From NCBI RefSeq assembly GCF_009914755.1, contig NC_060937.1: a stretch of DNA of 64,000 nucleotides; one strand, 5' to 3'. Under the pieces are notes generated by a model. The model saw nothing but the letters and a program-made list of their open reading frames with translations, was not told where the DNA came from and searched no databases. Below are positions 33,442 through 56,301 of the stretch, in pieces; position 1 is the stretch's first letter, and each line of letters begins with the position of its first letter. Made by a program: the position numbers and the translations under genes. This DNA comes from the human T2T-CHM13v2.0 reference genome, Homo sapiens.

Positions 33442-34134
33442 TGTCTTCTAGACTTCAGAATAGAGAAAGTTGAACAACAGAGACCATGTACCAGAGAGTC
33501 ATCTATGGGCAAATTCGTTCGGAGGAAGTCCTTCTAGCTCCAGTTCAAATTCAAGGTTGTCTTTGCAGATTCCCAGGTAGTAAAAGGATTTTAGGAGTTC
33601 AATTATTGGGCAAGGAGGGGAAAGGATCCCAGATTTAAGGACCCCTCATCAATATCCATTGGGGCTGGGAAGAAGAGTGGCTGGTTTTCCATTAGGTAGG
33701 GGGCCCAGATCACTAATAATCAGGGCGATCTGGTGAGGCAGAAGATGCCAGCAAGAAATGCCCTGGAGGGCCTGAAGCAGCTGCTGAATTCCCCATGAGC
33801 AGCTTTTCACATGCTACCTGAAGGCAGCCACTGGGAGGTTTTGAAAGAAGATACTAAGTGACTCCGCACTAGCACTTGCCACACTAGATAACCTGGTGAG
33901 AGAAGCTGCTAATTGTAATAGAGGCAGAATGTTATCTGTACTGTTTAAAACAAGTTTTCCAGGGGGAAATGAGGACAGGCCAATGCAGCCAGAAAGCACT
34001 GGGTGTTGGCTTTGCAGAAAGCTGTTAGGAACAGGGTTGCCAGGTGTCCTGTTTTGAACTGGACAGCATGGTATTTTAGCTTCTAGTGTACGAAAATGCA
34101 GTAAATGCCTGTTTTTTAAAAAAGTCATTGTTGC

Positions 34135-34771
<637 letters not shown>

Positions 34772-35289
34772 TTATATCTTATGTTTTGATTTATTTTTAA
34801 TCAGCAGGGGTTTGTAATTTCAGCTTTTAGTTACTCCTGCTATTAAGTATTGAATGGACAAACACTACTTAAAACAGTGTTACACTTCTTTTGAAATATG
34901 AGGAATCCTTTTATTTATCTGTGTGCAAATAACATGTTTCAACACTACTGTTAAGTATTCTGTTAAAGTACAAGTCTATCCCTTAGGAGGGGAGGGTACA
35001 CTCTACAAGAAGTTTTTTTCCCCAGTCTCTATGGGGTGGTTATTTCTGTAATCCTATTTATGGATGAAGCAGGGGAAATACAGTCATCACTGGGGCAATG
35101 ATAAGAGCTACTGTGCACTGAGGGTTTACCATGTGCCTGTCAGTATGGGCAGTCTATATCCTCTACCTCCTTCCTCACAGAGATCCCATGGTGGGGGGGT
35201 CCAGTTACCCTCATTTTACAGAACAGTAAACAGGCTCAGGGAGATTCAGTATTGAGGCCCCAAGCCTGGAAGTTATCCTCCATTTCTCT

Positions 35290-36960
<1,671 letters not shown>

Positions 36961-37154
36961 ATGAATAGTGAATAAATGAACTTGCTCAATGATGGAGTCA
37001 AAATGCACATGCAGCAATCTGACTTGAGCTGCCTTGCTCTTAGTAAGGGTGAACAAAAACTAGGAGAGAGGGGCTGCTGCAGCCCCCTTGGAACTTTCCG
37101 GCTCTGAGATTTTAGCAGCTTTCCTTCTGTGGGGTATGCAGGGAAGAAGGAAAA

Positions 37155-38364
<1,210 letters not shown>

Positions 38365-39123
38365 CTAGGTTACAGAAACAAGAGCTGAATTAGACAGCTG
38401 CAGAAAGCAGATTTCTACTTTCAAATTTAAGATGAAAAATATGAATATTGAGAGTATTTCTTTCATGTTGAAATCAAGCAACTTTCTTGGTAAAATTCTA
38501 TTTCTTAACGCAGTCAGTAATTGGTGGGTGAGGTGACCACATGCCCTGAGGAGGCAGGTAGGCCCATCTAGAGCAGGAGCTGGGCTCATGCAGATGGATC
38601 TTTGACCCTACCTCTGTTCCTCATAGTTGGATGACCCTGGCCAACTCACTTCACCCTGTTACTTTCCTTATCTGCAAAATTCATGTCTCCAAAATTCCCT
38701 TGTGGGGTTGCTGTGAGGATGAGTTGAAATGATGTGTGTGGTGTCACAGCATGATTTCCTTGATCCATGGAAGTTATTAAGTTGTTGGCAGTCCACTTCT
38801 TGCTTTTGTGGAGTTGTATTTTTGTTCTAGCTCTTTTGTTCACAGACGGGGTGACTATGTAATTTATCATCCAAACTGGGAATTAATAAATGAAAATGAA
38901 AGACTAAGTGGAGGAGAGTCTGGGCTCAAAGGTGTGGTCAGGACTCTTCCCAGGCAAACCTGAACATGTATGGTCACCTTCCCTAATACTAATGCGTAGT
39001 CAGACTGAGCAGCCTGTGGGAGAAAGCTGGCTGCCATCATTCTGCCACTCACTGCTGGAGGGACAACAAGGCAGAAGCAGTCTGGCGGGCCAAGCTAGAC
39101 CTTGTCTGTGTCGGGAAGACTTA

Positions 39124-42999
<3,876 letters not shown>

Positions 43000-43196
43000 T
43001 CATTTTAAGAGTTATGCTATGTTGTTCTGTGAAAATGAAGACTACCAGCACTTCTGTGTAAACTCTAGGAAGAGTTTGACTATAGGAGTATGGTAATACT
43101 TGCTGTGTAAAGAAAGGATGGAAAGCTACTTTGTTTTGATAAAGTAAAATGTATTGAAGTGCCTATTTTGAGTAAATTAAAATTCAGAGTACTTAC

Positions 43197-43232
43197 CATT
43201 TCAGCTGGTCTCAACAGCAAATTTTTAGAAGT
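43197..43232 (-). ncRNA. DLEU2: candidate 36-nt mini-exon (DLEU2)
   Basis: Minus strand TATTTCAG|ACTTCT...GAAATG|GTAAGT: consensus donor, weak polypyrimidine tract. Confidence 0.35.
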
Positions 43233-43526
43233 CTGAAATACATCAATACCGTGAAATAGGAGACTCTTACTTCCTTAAGACATTCATGAAATCACTGGGT
43301 TAGGTGCTAGTAATGCAATGATGAGAAAACACACACACACACAAACACACACACACAATCCCAGCTCTTATGGGGTTTACAGTCAAGTGGGGAGACAAAC
43401 ATTAATCAAATAATTACACAAATAAATTTAACAAACTGCAGAGTGCATGATGGAAGAGCAGTATTAGATGGTATGAGATGATTAACAGGGTCTGTTAATT
43501 GGCCAGAAACATCTGGGAAAGCTCAC

Positions 43527-43671
43527 CTGAGACTGTCAGTTGTGCTATGGTTGGAGGATGGGGATGGGAGGTGGCTGGTGAGGGCCTCGTTAGGGAAGGA
43601 ACTAAGGGTGCAGGAGCCCTGCTGCTGGAAGCAGTATGAGCCTCGGGTAACACAAGGGCTAACCCAAATGC
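43527..43671 (-). ncRNA. DLEU2: candidate internal exon (DLEU2)
   Basis: Acceptor CTTCTTCCTCTCCCACAATCCTTACTCTGTGTAG|G and donor CAG|GTGAGC; 145 nt. Confidence 0.55.
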
Positions 43672-44732
43672 CTACACAGAGTAAGGATTGTGGGAGAGGA
43701 AGAAGTGACATGCCTCTCAAGTATTAAAATTCAGTTTTCATCATTTAAAAATAGAGTAACAATAGGCAAACAGTTTGTGTTTTTGACAGGGATTGTAAGA
43801 GTCAATAAATGATCACTGAACTCCTAGGAGGGTCCTAAAACTGAGCGTTTGAATTCCAGAATTTAAATGCTGGGTAGAAAAGGATGACCCAGCAAGTATT
43901 CCTGAGTCTGAAGAAGAAAAGCCAGGAGTGAGTTTAGTGTTACTAATGGCAGAGGAAAAGAGGGCCTTTTAAAAAGGAGGCAGTGGTACTCAGAGTTGAA
44001 GGCTACCAAAAGATCAAGGAAAATGAGAACTGAAAAAATATCTGTTGGAGTTAGCAACATGGAGGCCAATGACATTCACAAAATGCTTAAAATGCACTGA
44101 TATTGTATAATTAGTTTCAACCATCTTCTGAATTATCTGTGTCTTTTGCCTGACTGGGAGGGGTGTGGGTTGCTTTAGATCAAATTCCACACTTCTGGAG
44201 ATCTGGGGGCATTCTAGCAACAATCCAGATAGTGTTACAAACAAGACCATTATAAGATAAACACATTTTAACAAGGCATTTATTACCCAATGCTTTAATA
44301 TTAGAGAGACTCAACTGGGCTCATGTTAAAAACAATGAAGCATCTATGTCTTATGCAATGCTGTATAGGAAGTATCTGATAAAGTCTAGATCCTCAGAAC
44401 AAAAATTCTATGCATTGGTCTATTGTCTTTATTTAAGACAAAGAGTGTGCTTAAGGTACAGGTATCTACCAGCTACTGAAAACTGCAGAACCCCTATCCA
44501 TGATGTATCCTTATTTATAGAATGCTCTAAAAATGCTCTAAAAATCTCCCATAAAACAGGATGAAAGTAGTTTTCTAATCCAAAATGTTATCATAATTGA
44601 CACTTCTCAGGGTAAAAATTAGCACATAATGGTGAGTGAGCTCAGAAAGATTCAAAATAAACAATTTATACAAATCGAGCTCTCCAACAATTGCAAATAT
44701 ACAGTATCTATTAGTCTTTAGCTGAATTAATC

Positions 44733-46870
<2,138 letters not shown>

Positions 46871-47569
46871 TAGCCGAATGGGAATTACCTTTGATGCCTA
46901 GCACAATCCTGAGAATTATAAAATTTGAGTGAGTATAAAATTATAAGCATATGCTAGTATTACCTTAATTACCTCTGACCTATTTTACTTTATTCTTACA
47001 GCTTTTCTATCTACAGAAATAGTATAACTAAACGTCAAGTTTACTATTGCTTAAGTGTCTCTCATTCTCTTTCAAAGAAACTGATCTTGCTGTTGTCTCC
47101 ATTTAATGCATACTCTTCACTGTGCAACTGAAATATAGAGAGTCTGGAATTTTCCTCAAACTAGGGACTAATTCCCTTTAATTTCATCAAGTCTTAGGTA
47201 AGTTCCTGTGTTTTGTGATAAATACATTTTTACCTTCCTTTTAATGGAATATTTGAATGTTCAATTTCTCCAAAAATACAGAACTTTAAAAAACCCAAAA
47301 AACAGTAAGGTCTTTCTTTCATTGAGTTTGATGTTTATTGTTTTTCTCTCCTTTCTCCAAGCACAGGGGAAGAGGTATAAAAGCAGAGGGATATATGCTT
47401 TTGAAAAGCCACCCTGGGCTAGATGCAGAAAAGCAGAAATTATGGTGCTAGCTTCTTTTACTGCATAGGCAGTTTAGCTCTGCTTAAGACTATTGTACTT
47501 GAGTCCTAAGTTTACAAATCTAGGGAAATCATGCTTACAAATGAGCATGGTTTTCTTTTTGCATATAAC

Positions 47570-47785
47570 AGCACCAATTACTTATTAAACACCTACTATA
47601 CATCAGACGCAATGTTGGTTGCTTTATATGTTACCTAATTTTCATGATCAAATGTATCATGATTTCCATTTTACAAATGAGGAAACCGAGGCTTAGAGAT
47701 GCTAAGTAACTTTAACAACTAGTAAATGGCAGAGCTAGAGTTTGGATGCAGAACTGATTCCAAAGCCTATGCTCTTTTCTCTACA
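47570..47785 (-). mobile_element. MIR (other MIR-like cores at ~31790-31860, 35100-35260, 38600-38760, 40660-40800, 50080-50230)
   Basis: MIR core CCATTTTACAAATGAGGAAACCGAGGCTTAGAGA..TAAGTAACTT. Confidence 0.75.
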
Positions 47786-48416
47786 TCTTGCACTGTCAGT
47801 GTCTTTTAGTGGCAGGAATTCTCACTGGGGAATGTTGGGGCTTGCATCTATGACTCTGGCAGCTAAATGGAAGGATAGAATAATAATAAAAAAGTTCCAT
47901 TGTATCTAGGGAGGCTTACCAGACCCCTTCCCCTATGCACAGTTGCTCCAGGCTTTGTTATTAGATGTTCCTCACTCTGACAATTTACATTTCAGTGTAC
48001 ACTAAATTTGGCACTGTCCCTTTTGTTATGGAACATCTGATCATTTCTGTCTGGGTAGGTGGGGAGGAAGGCTGAGAAGTTTTTATCTTTGTCAAGGCCC
48101 AGGAATGAAAACAACACCAGGAAGTAAATCAATGCAATAATATACATTTTATATTAAAAATATAATATGCAGTATATTTTATATTTAATATTAGTATATA
48201 ACATATTAATATATAAACATTATTTAACATTATGCATTTTATATATATTAGAAATTCTACCCTGTAAAAATATATTTCTCAAGGGGCCGGCATTCGGGGG
48301 CGGGGGGGGGCAATACATTTATCACACAATATGAAACTTACATAAGACTAGATATATCTATAGTCTTCGTGCTGTGCTGATATATAAATTCCAAGTTTCA
48401 GCTGTTAGTTACTTAC

Positions 48417-48585
48417 TTGGAGATCAGTAGAAGGAAATTTCAGTGTGACAAGAATGTTGACAATCCCTGTGCTATCTGTACTAGGATCTAGTTCCACTGT
48501 GCTCTTCCAGGGAAGGATGTAGCTGTGTATGCAGGTTTTAGTTGGACAGTCATCTTTTTCTAGTGGCAGTTTCCCAGTCGCTGTT
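48417..48585 (-). ncRNA. DLEU2: candidate internal exon (DLEU2)
   Basis: Acceptor CCTTTTCTCTCCTCCCGTGGTCCTAATACACAG|AACAG (alternative AG 5 nt further in) and donor CAA|GTAAGT; 169 nt of unique sequence. Confidence 0.55.
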
Positions 48586-48837
48586 CTGTGTATTAGGACC
48601 ACGGGAGGAGAGAAAAGGTTATTCTTCCTTCTCCATTTTTCCACACTTAAGAGAATTTAATATACTGTGTTTTCTAGTTAGTAGTTAATTTTGTGTAATA
48701 GTCTAGAGATTGCTATACAGATTTAATGTGTTTTACACTTAGTTGGGCAAAAGTGTATTAGTATCTACCACCAACCAGATCTAACTACATAAATATATAT
48801 TATATAATTATATTAAGGATAATTTGTGGGTTTTGCG

Positions 48838-49298
48838 TGTGAACCCTAAAAATCTGAGCCAGGTCCCAGTTAATTTAGAAAGTTTATTTTGCCACGGTTG
48901 AGGATGCGTGCCCATGATACAGCTTCAGGAGGTCAGAACCCGAGGTGGTCAGAGCAGTTTGGTTTTGTACATTTTAGGAAGACACGAGACATCAATCAGC
49001 GTGTGTAAGATGAACACTGGTTCAGTCCAGAAAAGGTGGGACGACTTGAAGCAAAGGTGGGACAACTCAAAACAGGGGGCGGGCTTCCAGGTTTTAGGGA
49101 GATAAGAGGCAAATCACTGCATTCTTTTGAGTTTCTGGTTACCCTTTCCAAAGGAGGCAATCAGATATTCATTTATCTCAGTGAGCAGAGGGATGACTTT
49201 GAATAGAATGGGAGGCAGGTTTGCCCTAAGCAGTTCTCCGAAGCTTGACTTTTTCCTTTAGCTTAGTGATTTTGGGGCCCCAAGATTTTCCTTTCACA
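48838..49298 (-). mobile_element. MER4A-like solo LTR (ERV1)
   Basis: TG...CA termini (minus strand starts TGTGAAAGGAAAATC); CAGTTAATTTAGAAAGTTTATTTTGCCA; 4-bp TSD-like TGCG/TGAG. Confidence 0.85.
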
Positions 49299-49366
49299 TG
49301 AGTTAATAACTGTCCAGTCTTGTGAAATATCATTTTAATATTAGGATATCTGAAATGTTGCCATAT

Positions 49367-50189
<823 letters not shown>

Positions 50190-51038
50190 TGAAGATCATA
50201 ATTTCTTTTACACAGTGTTATGAGACTGAATGACAGAAATTAAAAGAAGTGTTCTACGAAGGCAAAGTTAGGTTTCTTATAGCAGGAAGGGAGATGCACA
50301 CAGAGAAGTGGGAATCTCAGGAGACGGATGTGGCCAGGGGCTTTTTACGGGGGTTGGGCTAAGCATTATTAGTCAACGGGCTGTACTGCTATTTATGGTA
50401 GGTTTTGAATACCGTTTCTCCAAAATAACCTATTTCCTCCCCAAACCCAAACTTCCTCAACTGGGATCGAACTCAATCCTACAGCGTGTTCTGAGATTCT
50501 ATACTCGCCTCACTTCTCCCAAGATCGTAAATTTTGGAGGAGCCATTCCTTCATCATCCATGTTTGCATCCTTCACACCGTTCACTGGTTAAGTGCTTAG
50601 TACGTTTGCTATTGGGCAAGGTCCTCAAACGGGAGGTGGACGTCAGAATAGTCAGGTTATCGACTGAGTAACTGTTAGTGGTGGATAATTTAAAGCCAAT
50701 TTGAAAGTTCATCCTTTCCCCCAAAGGCAAAAACAGGCGTTCCTTTTCTTAAAAGAGAATTTTAAATAGAATTGGGTCTCTGGTGTCCTGCCTAAAGCCC
50801 GCAAAGAAAGAGGGTACGGTTGGGGGTGGGGGTGATGGGGGATACTGAACCCTTTTCTGGTTGCGCCTTGCCCGGAGCCCCCGGCTAGAGCCCTGGCGCT
50901 CCTGGCGCGCTCCCAACGCGAATCGGTGACTCCGCAGGCCGCGCAGTGCGGAGGTGCCCGTCCCACCCTCCCCCTTGTGGGGTGCGGGGCTCCATTTCCC
51001 CAAGCCGCTGGGGTCGGCTTCTGGTCTTGAGATGCGGA

Positions 51039-51125
51039 TGAAGTGGTGTGAAGGGTTGGGCTTTTTTTTTTGTTCCTAAAAATGCAACGAACAAAAAAAA
51101 AAGTACAACAATCCAAACCCAACCA
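51039..51125 (-). ncRNA. MIR3613: pre-miR-3613 hairpin
   Basis: The reverse complement reads UGGUUGGGUUUGGAUUGUUGUAC-U10-GUUCGUUGCAUUUUUAGGAAC-A10-GCCCAACCCUUCACACCACUUCA (87 nt). This matches the recalled hsa-mir-3613 precursor. The U10/A10 stem is directly visible. Confidence 0.93.
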
Positions 51126-51494
51126 TCTTAATTGCACGGCAGCTTAACTGGGAGACTTTCTTCCCGGGCGGCCCCACCCGGGACCGCGCCGCTTCAGTCG
51201 AGCCCACCGTCTGGGCAAACGGCGTCCACTTCCCGGAGCCGCTGCCCAGCCTCTGCGGGGGGGCTTTGGGCGGGCGCAGGACTCTGGAAGGGAGAAAAGC
51301 CCGCAGCCCGGCCCTCCCCGTCCCAGGCGGCCCGCGCGGGTGGACGGCGGGAGCAGGCGGCGGTTGGAGACGCCGGAAGGAACGCGGTCTCACCACCCGG
51401 CTCCCTCCGCCAAGGCGAGGCGCGGCCGGGGAGGCGGGACACAGGCGAAGCGGGACGGGGAGGCGGGGCCGGAGGTGCAGGCGGAGGCGGGCGA

Positions 51495-51689
51495 CGGGGA
51501 AGGGAGGGGGAGGGGGAGGGGAAAGGGAGGGGGAGGGGGAGGGGAAAGGGAGGGGGAGGGGGGAAGGGACGGGAGGGGAGGGGGAAGGGACGGGAGGGGA
51601 GGGGGAAGGGACGGGAGGGGAGGGGGAGGGGAGGGGGAAGGGACGGGAGGGAAGGGGGAGGGGAAGGGGAAGCGGGAGAGGGAAGGGGG
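51495..51689 (+). repeat. G-rich purine tandem repeat (GGGGA-type; G-quadruplex/H-DNA potential)
   Basis: About 195 nt of almost pure G/A. It includes three exact 21-mers GGGGAAGGGACGGGAGGGGAG (51560-51580, 51581-51601, 51602-51622) plus degenerate copies. Confidence 0.95.
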
Positions 51690-51690
51690 C

Positions 51691-51798
51691 GGAGCTAGCC
51701 GGAGCCGCGAGTCCATTTTGGGGCTGTGCTTGGCGCGTACCGTGCGGTCCCTGTAGTTGGAGGACGGGCGGTCGCGCGGCCTTTCCCACTAGCCGGAG
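51691..51798 (+). other. TRIM13: TRIM13 non-coding exon 1 (TSS approximate)
   Basis: Matches the recalled TRIM13/RFP2 5'UTR (GCCGCGAGTCCATTTTGGGGCTGTGC...CCCACTAGCCGGAG). Donor GAG|GTCGGA at 51799; a possible alternative donor CAG|GTCAGC at 51884. No ATG in the exon. Confidence 0.8.
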
Positions 51799-52333
51799 GT
51801 CGGAGATAAGTACCCGCCGCCCGGCTCCTCTCGGGAAAGCGGGGTGGTCCTCGAACCTTCAGCGAGGGTGGGGAGTTGCCCAGGTCAGCAGGGATCTGCG
51901 TGGGTTGGGGGGGCTGGCGAAGGCCGTCTGAGCTCCAGTCCGGCAGCGCGGCAGAAACCAGCGGGGCACTGTCATGGGCCTGGGGAGGAGCGGCCTGCGG
52001 AGGGCGCCGGGGCAGTGTGTCTGTGGTCCAGAAAACCTGCTCCGTCCGGAGCCTTCCTGGCCCCGCTACCAGCGTCTCCACATCCCCTAGAAAAGAAAAG
52101 ACGGGTGTGGGCCTTAGGTTACAGCGCGCCGCCAGCGTTTGGTTGCATGGCGCCGGGGGAGGGCGCCCTAACCGAGAAGCTGCTTAATACAAAGAGCTCC
52201 AGGCTCCTGGCGGTTCACCAGGTCTAAACAGCCGGGCTTTATTTGTGGGGGCGATTGAAAAAATTGAGGGTCAAGATTGGGGTGCTGTGCAAATAAATGC
52301 GTTAATACTGTTCTTTTTCTTCTTTCTTTGCAG

Positions 52334-52430
52334 TAGCCTCTAGTTCGTTAGTCAAAACGTGAAAAAAAAGACCTGCTTTGCCCTGGGAAATAGTAACCCT
52401 GCCAAATACATCAGCTTGTAGGAGACAGAG
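52334..52430 (+). other. TRIM13: TRIM13 non-coding exon 2
   Basis: Strong polypyrimidine acceptor TTCTTTTTCTTCTTTCTTTGCAG|TAG and donor GAG|GTAAAC at 52431. The end (AGCTTGTAGGAGACAGAG) matches the recalled TRIM13 UTR that precedes the coding exon. Confidence 0.85.
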
Positions 52431-53252
52431 GTAAACTACAATAATTTTCCTGTGTTATCTTTTTTTTTTTAAACACCCAATTTCAATAGGCCCTAGAACC
52501 TTCCAAAATGGAACTGTGTGTAGAATACGTATGTTCCCATCCACTTTCATTGGTGGTCTTTGTTCTTTGCATATTTTGTTAAAACTTAGAAAAACAGAAT
52601 TCACGTTTAGCAATTATTTATGTGGTATTTATCTTAAATATAGCCAAACATTCATATTACAAAGGAAGAAAGGGGCTTCCACACTTTTTTCCTACTTTTT
52701 TTTCCCTTCTCCTATGCTTAGTGAATTGTCAGGCTGCTAGGGCTTGTAGAACAGGGCTTGAGTTTTCTAGAGACCTTTATATAATAGGCACTTTAAAAGC
52801 AGAATTTCATTTACATAGGCACTCCTTCTAGTAGAACTTGATGGAGCTGTTAACCGGCTATACTTCCTTCTTGCACAATGGGAGCGTCCCTATCCCTCCC
52901 TAAAAATACGTTTTTTTTCCTTTCTCCCAGCTGGCTTACTAAACCTCCCTGGGAAGTCCTTTCCTAAAACCGGGCTGTTCTGTTCATTCTATACATTTAT
53001 GATAGGTTATCTGGCCTTAATTCTGTCACAGCTTTTGTTCAGATATGCTCATTTTCATGACACTGCTTTGTACCTGATACCTTATGTAATATTTGTTTTG
53101 CCTTGCCTTGAAATCACAGTTCAAGTTTAGAACCTTTTCTTGCTTGATACACTGATGCTCCAAAATAACACCTTAAATGTGTAGAGTTTGCCATATGTAA
53201 TTAAACCTTATTTATGTTTCTATAGTTTCGTAGTTTATGGAATTCTCACACA

Positions 53253-54146
53253 TCACACAGGAGTTGAGAAATTACTTTTAGGCAGCTAGAAAGGGTAAAA
53301 GAGTTCTCGGTGGAATTTTCCTTTAATAAAAAGCAGCTCCTGGCCGGTGACTTTGGGAGGCTGAGGTGGGTGGATCACTTGAGGTCAGGAGTTCAAGACC
53401 AGCCTGACCAATATGGTGAAATCCCATCTTTACTAACAATACAAAAATTAGCTGGGCGTGGGGGTGCGTGCACCTGTAATCCCAGCTACTCGGGAGGCTG
53501 AGGCAGAAGAACCACTTGAACCGGGACGCAGAGGTTGCAGTGAGCCAAGATCGCGCCACTGCACTCCAGACTGGGCAACAGAGCGAGACTCTACCAAAAA
53601 AAAAAAAAAAGCCCCCAAACCATTTATTTTCTAACAGAAAGCCTGAAAAGTCAAGCTGCAAGCAAAAATATGCAGGCTAGAAGCTTTTATATGTAAATGT
53701 AGCCTGCTGTATCTGGAAGCCAGGTACATTCAATATGGGGTTTCTCACTCCCTTTTCCTTGTCACCCTATGTGGGCGTCTTGGCGATCACTAGGTAAAAC
53801 CACGGGTGCAGGTGTCATGGCGGCCCCAGGTAGAAGCTACATTTGCATAACAAAAAATTAGGGTGGGAGGGCCAGTCTTTAGACGGGCTATGTAAATGAT
53901 TCACCTGGTCAAACCAGTCCCCTGGGCCCTATGTAAATCACCGCCTCCTCAAGCCTCTGTACAAAATCGATTGCGTTTCACCCCAAACCCGGAGACCCTC
54001 TCTTGGGTGATATTTCTCAGCGTGAGGAACCTTTCCCTATTAAATTTTCCGCTCCTAAACCCACTCCTTGTGTGTGTCCATGTCCTGAATTCTTTCTTGG
54101 CTCGAGACAACCACGGGTGTATCCCCCAGGCAATGGAGCCATTTCA
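53253..54146 (+). mobile_element. LTR9-family solo LTR (ERV1), interrupted by an Alu at 53342-53610
   Basis: ACAGGAGTT..GAAATTACTTTAGGCAG...TCGGTGGAATTTTCCTTTAATAAAAAGCAGC; ends GGAGCCATTTCA. Confidence 0.75.
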
Positions 54147-55699
54147 TTATGAGGTAAATACTATAAAAATCATTTTTAAATTTTTTTCCAAGAGATGGGA
54201 TTCTCAACTGTGTTCCCCAGGCTGGTCTTGAACTGGGCTCAAGTGATCCTCCTGCTTCAGCCTTCAGAGTAGCTGGGACTACAAGTGTGTGGCACCATTC
54301 CCAGATATAAAAATCCTAATTTTATGAAGGATAAAACTGGTGCTTGAACACAGGTACTCAAAAGCAGGTTCTGTGCTTTCCCCTTCACTAGAGAGCCTGT
54401 TAAACCTAGTTTGTAAAAACTGCAAAATTTTAGAAGGGATTTTAGAGAGCTTATGATTAAACCCCTTCATTTTATGAATAAGAATACTGAGTTCTTGAGT
54501 CCCTTTCTAGATATTGCTAAGGTCTAAGAATTAGAAAACTCAGGCTGTGATGCCTAGTTTGCTGTGTACAACTGATGAGTCTCCACTTCTTGAGTGCTGG
54601 GGGTGTCTTAGTTTTTTTGACTCCTAAAATTAGGTGTTTAGATGATTTCTAAGATGCTTTTAAGCCCAGTATTTCTATTCCTACCCCATAACTTTTATTA
54701 CCATTTATTGCCTATACATATATATTGGTAAGACACAGATGCAGACTAATGTTAACTGCCTTAAACTTTTATATTTTAAACTCGGGTAGGTATGGTAACA
54801 AGTGTGTCTTATTGTTTTTTACTAAGTCCTATAAAACTATGGTTTTATTTAAGGTTAGGAACTGCATAGAGAGGTGGACCACTCTAATACATCATTGGTT
54901 AGAGTTCATAAAGTGATATAAACCCTTTCTAGAGAGAAACCTAGTCATCTTTTCAACAGCCTTAAAAATGTCCTTACTGTTTGACCCAGAAGTACATTTA
55001 AAGGAATTGTCTAAGGAAGTAATTAGAGCTGTGGAGCAAGACTTTTCTCTATAAGGTGTTTACCTAAATGTTACAATACCAAAAAAACACAACAACCCAC
55101 AAACAAAACAACACAGCAACAAGAACAAACCCATAAATGAGCAATAAGAAAGCATATCCACAACATGGACTGTCATGTTTTTCTAGAACATATCATGATG
55201 GGGGAAAGGCATGTAATAAAATAAGGGGATAGGATACAAAATTGTATTATGCTACCAGTTCTGTTAAAATGTGTGCACATGCACGGACACATGGGATTGG
55301 AATAAAGACACCAAAATAATAGTAGTGGTGATTTCTTGCTGATGTGATTATGGGTGGCTTTTTCTCTCTATTTTCTGAATTTTCTATAATAAAAACTAAT
55401 TTTATAATTTAAGAAGACACAAAAGCTAGTTGCATGGATAACTTCGGTTTCAGTATGGTGTCAATATTTTATGGTTTTAATTGTGGTAAGAACATTTAAC
55501 ATGAGACCTATCCTCTACACAGATTTCTAAGTGTACAGTACAGTGGTGTTAACTATAGACATGAGCAGATCTCTGAAACTTACTTTTATGTGTCTTTTAT
55601 AAACTATTTATCATACCTTCTAGAATAACAGCACCTGGCCGGGTGCAGTGGCTCAGGCCTGTAATCGCAGCACTTTGGGAGGCTGAGGTGGGCGGATCA

Positions 55700-55968
<269 letters not shown>

Positions 55969-56301
55969 GTATGGAGAAGAGAATGAAGGAAAAGGAAAAA
56001 GTTTTTCTTAGTGCTCTGAACTAGCGAGGTAATGAGTGACCTGGTTTATATTTCTGAGAATTTCACCTTAGTCTGACAACCCTTTGTGAACTTTCTGAGT
56101 AAGTGAACTTTCCAAGCTAGTGAACATTCTGTACTAGCTCTATTTTGCCTTGTCAGGATCTCTGCTAGAAATATCTTGGAAATTTTAACTACTGTTTATT
56201 CTAGGATAATGCCAGAAAAGGTTGGTTACTTACTGTCTTATATGGACACATAGGTAACTTTTATATTGTTTGCAAGAGCCACATAACAATTATTTTAGAT
56301 A

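Larger units (their letters stand above)
50780..52260. promoter_or_regulatory. TRIM13: CpG island promoter of TRIM13
   Basis: This is the only extended CpG-dense, GC-rich non-repeat segment in the window. It has a GC box (GGGGCGGAG, 51686-51694), a YY1-like CCATTTTG (51713-51720) and no obvious TATA box. Confidence 0.9.

Noticed and set aside
50709-52227. Many 100-237 aa Gly/Pro/Arg-rich ORFs
   Set aside because: Typical CpG-island and G-repeat artefacts; open on both strands with no recognisable domain.
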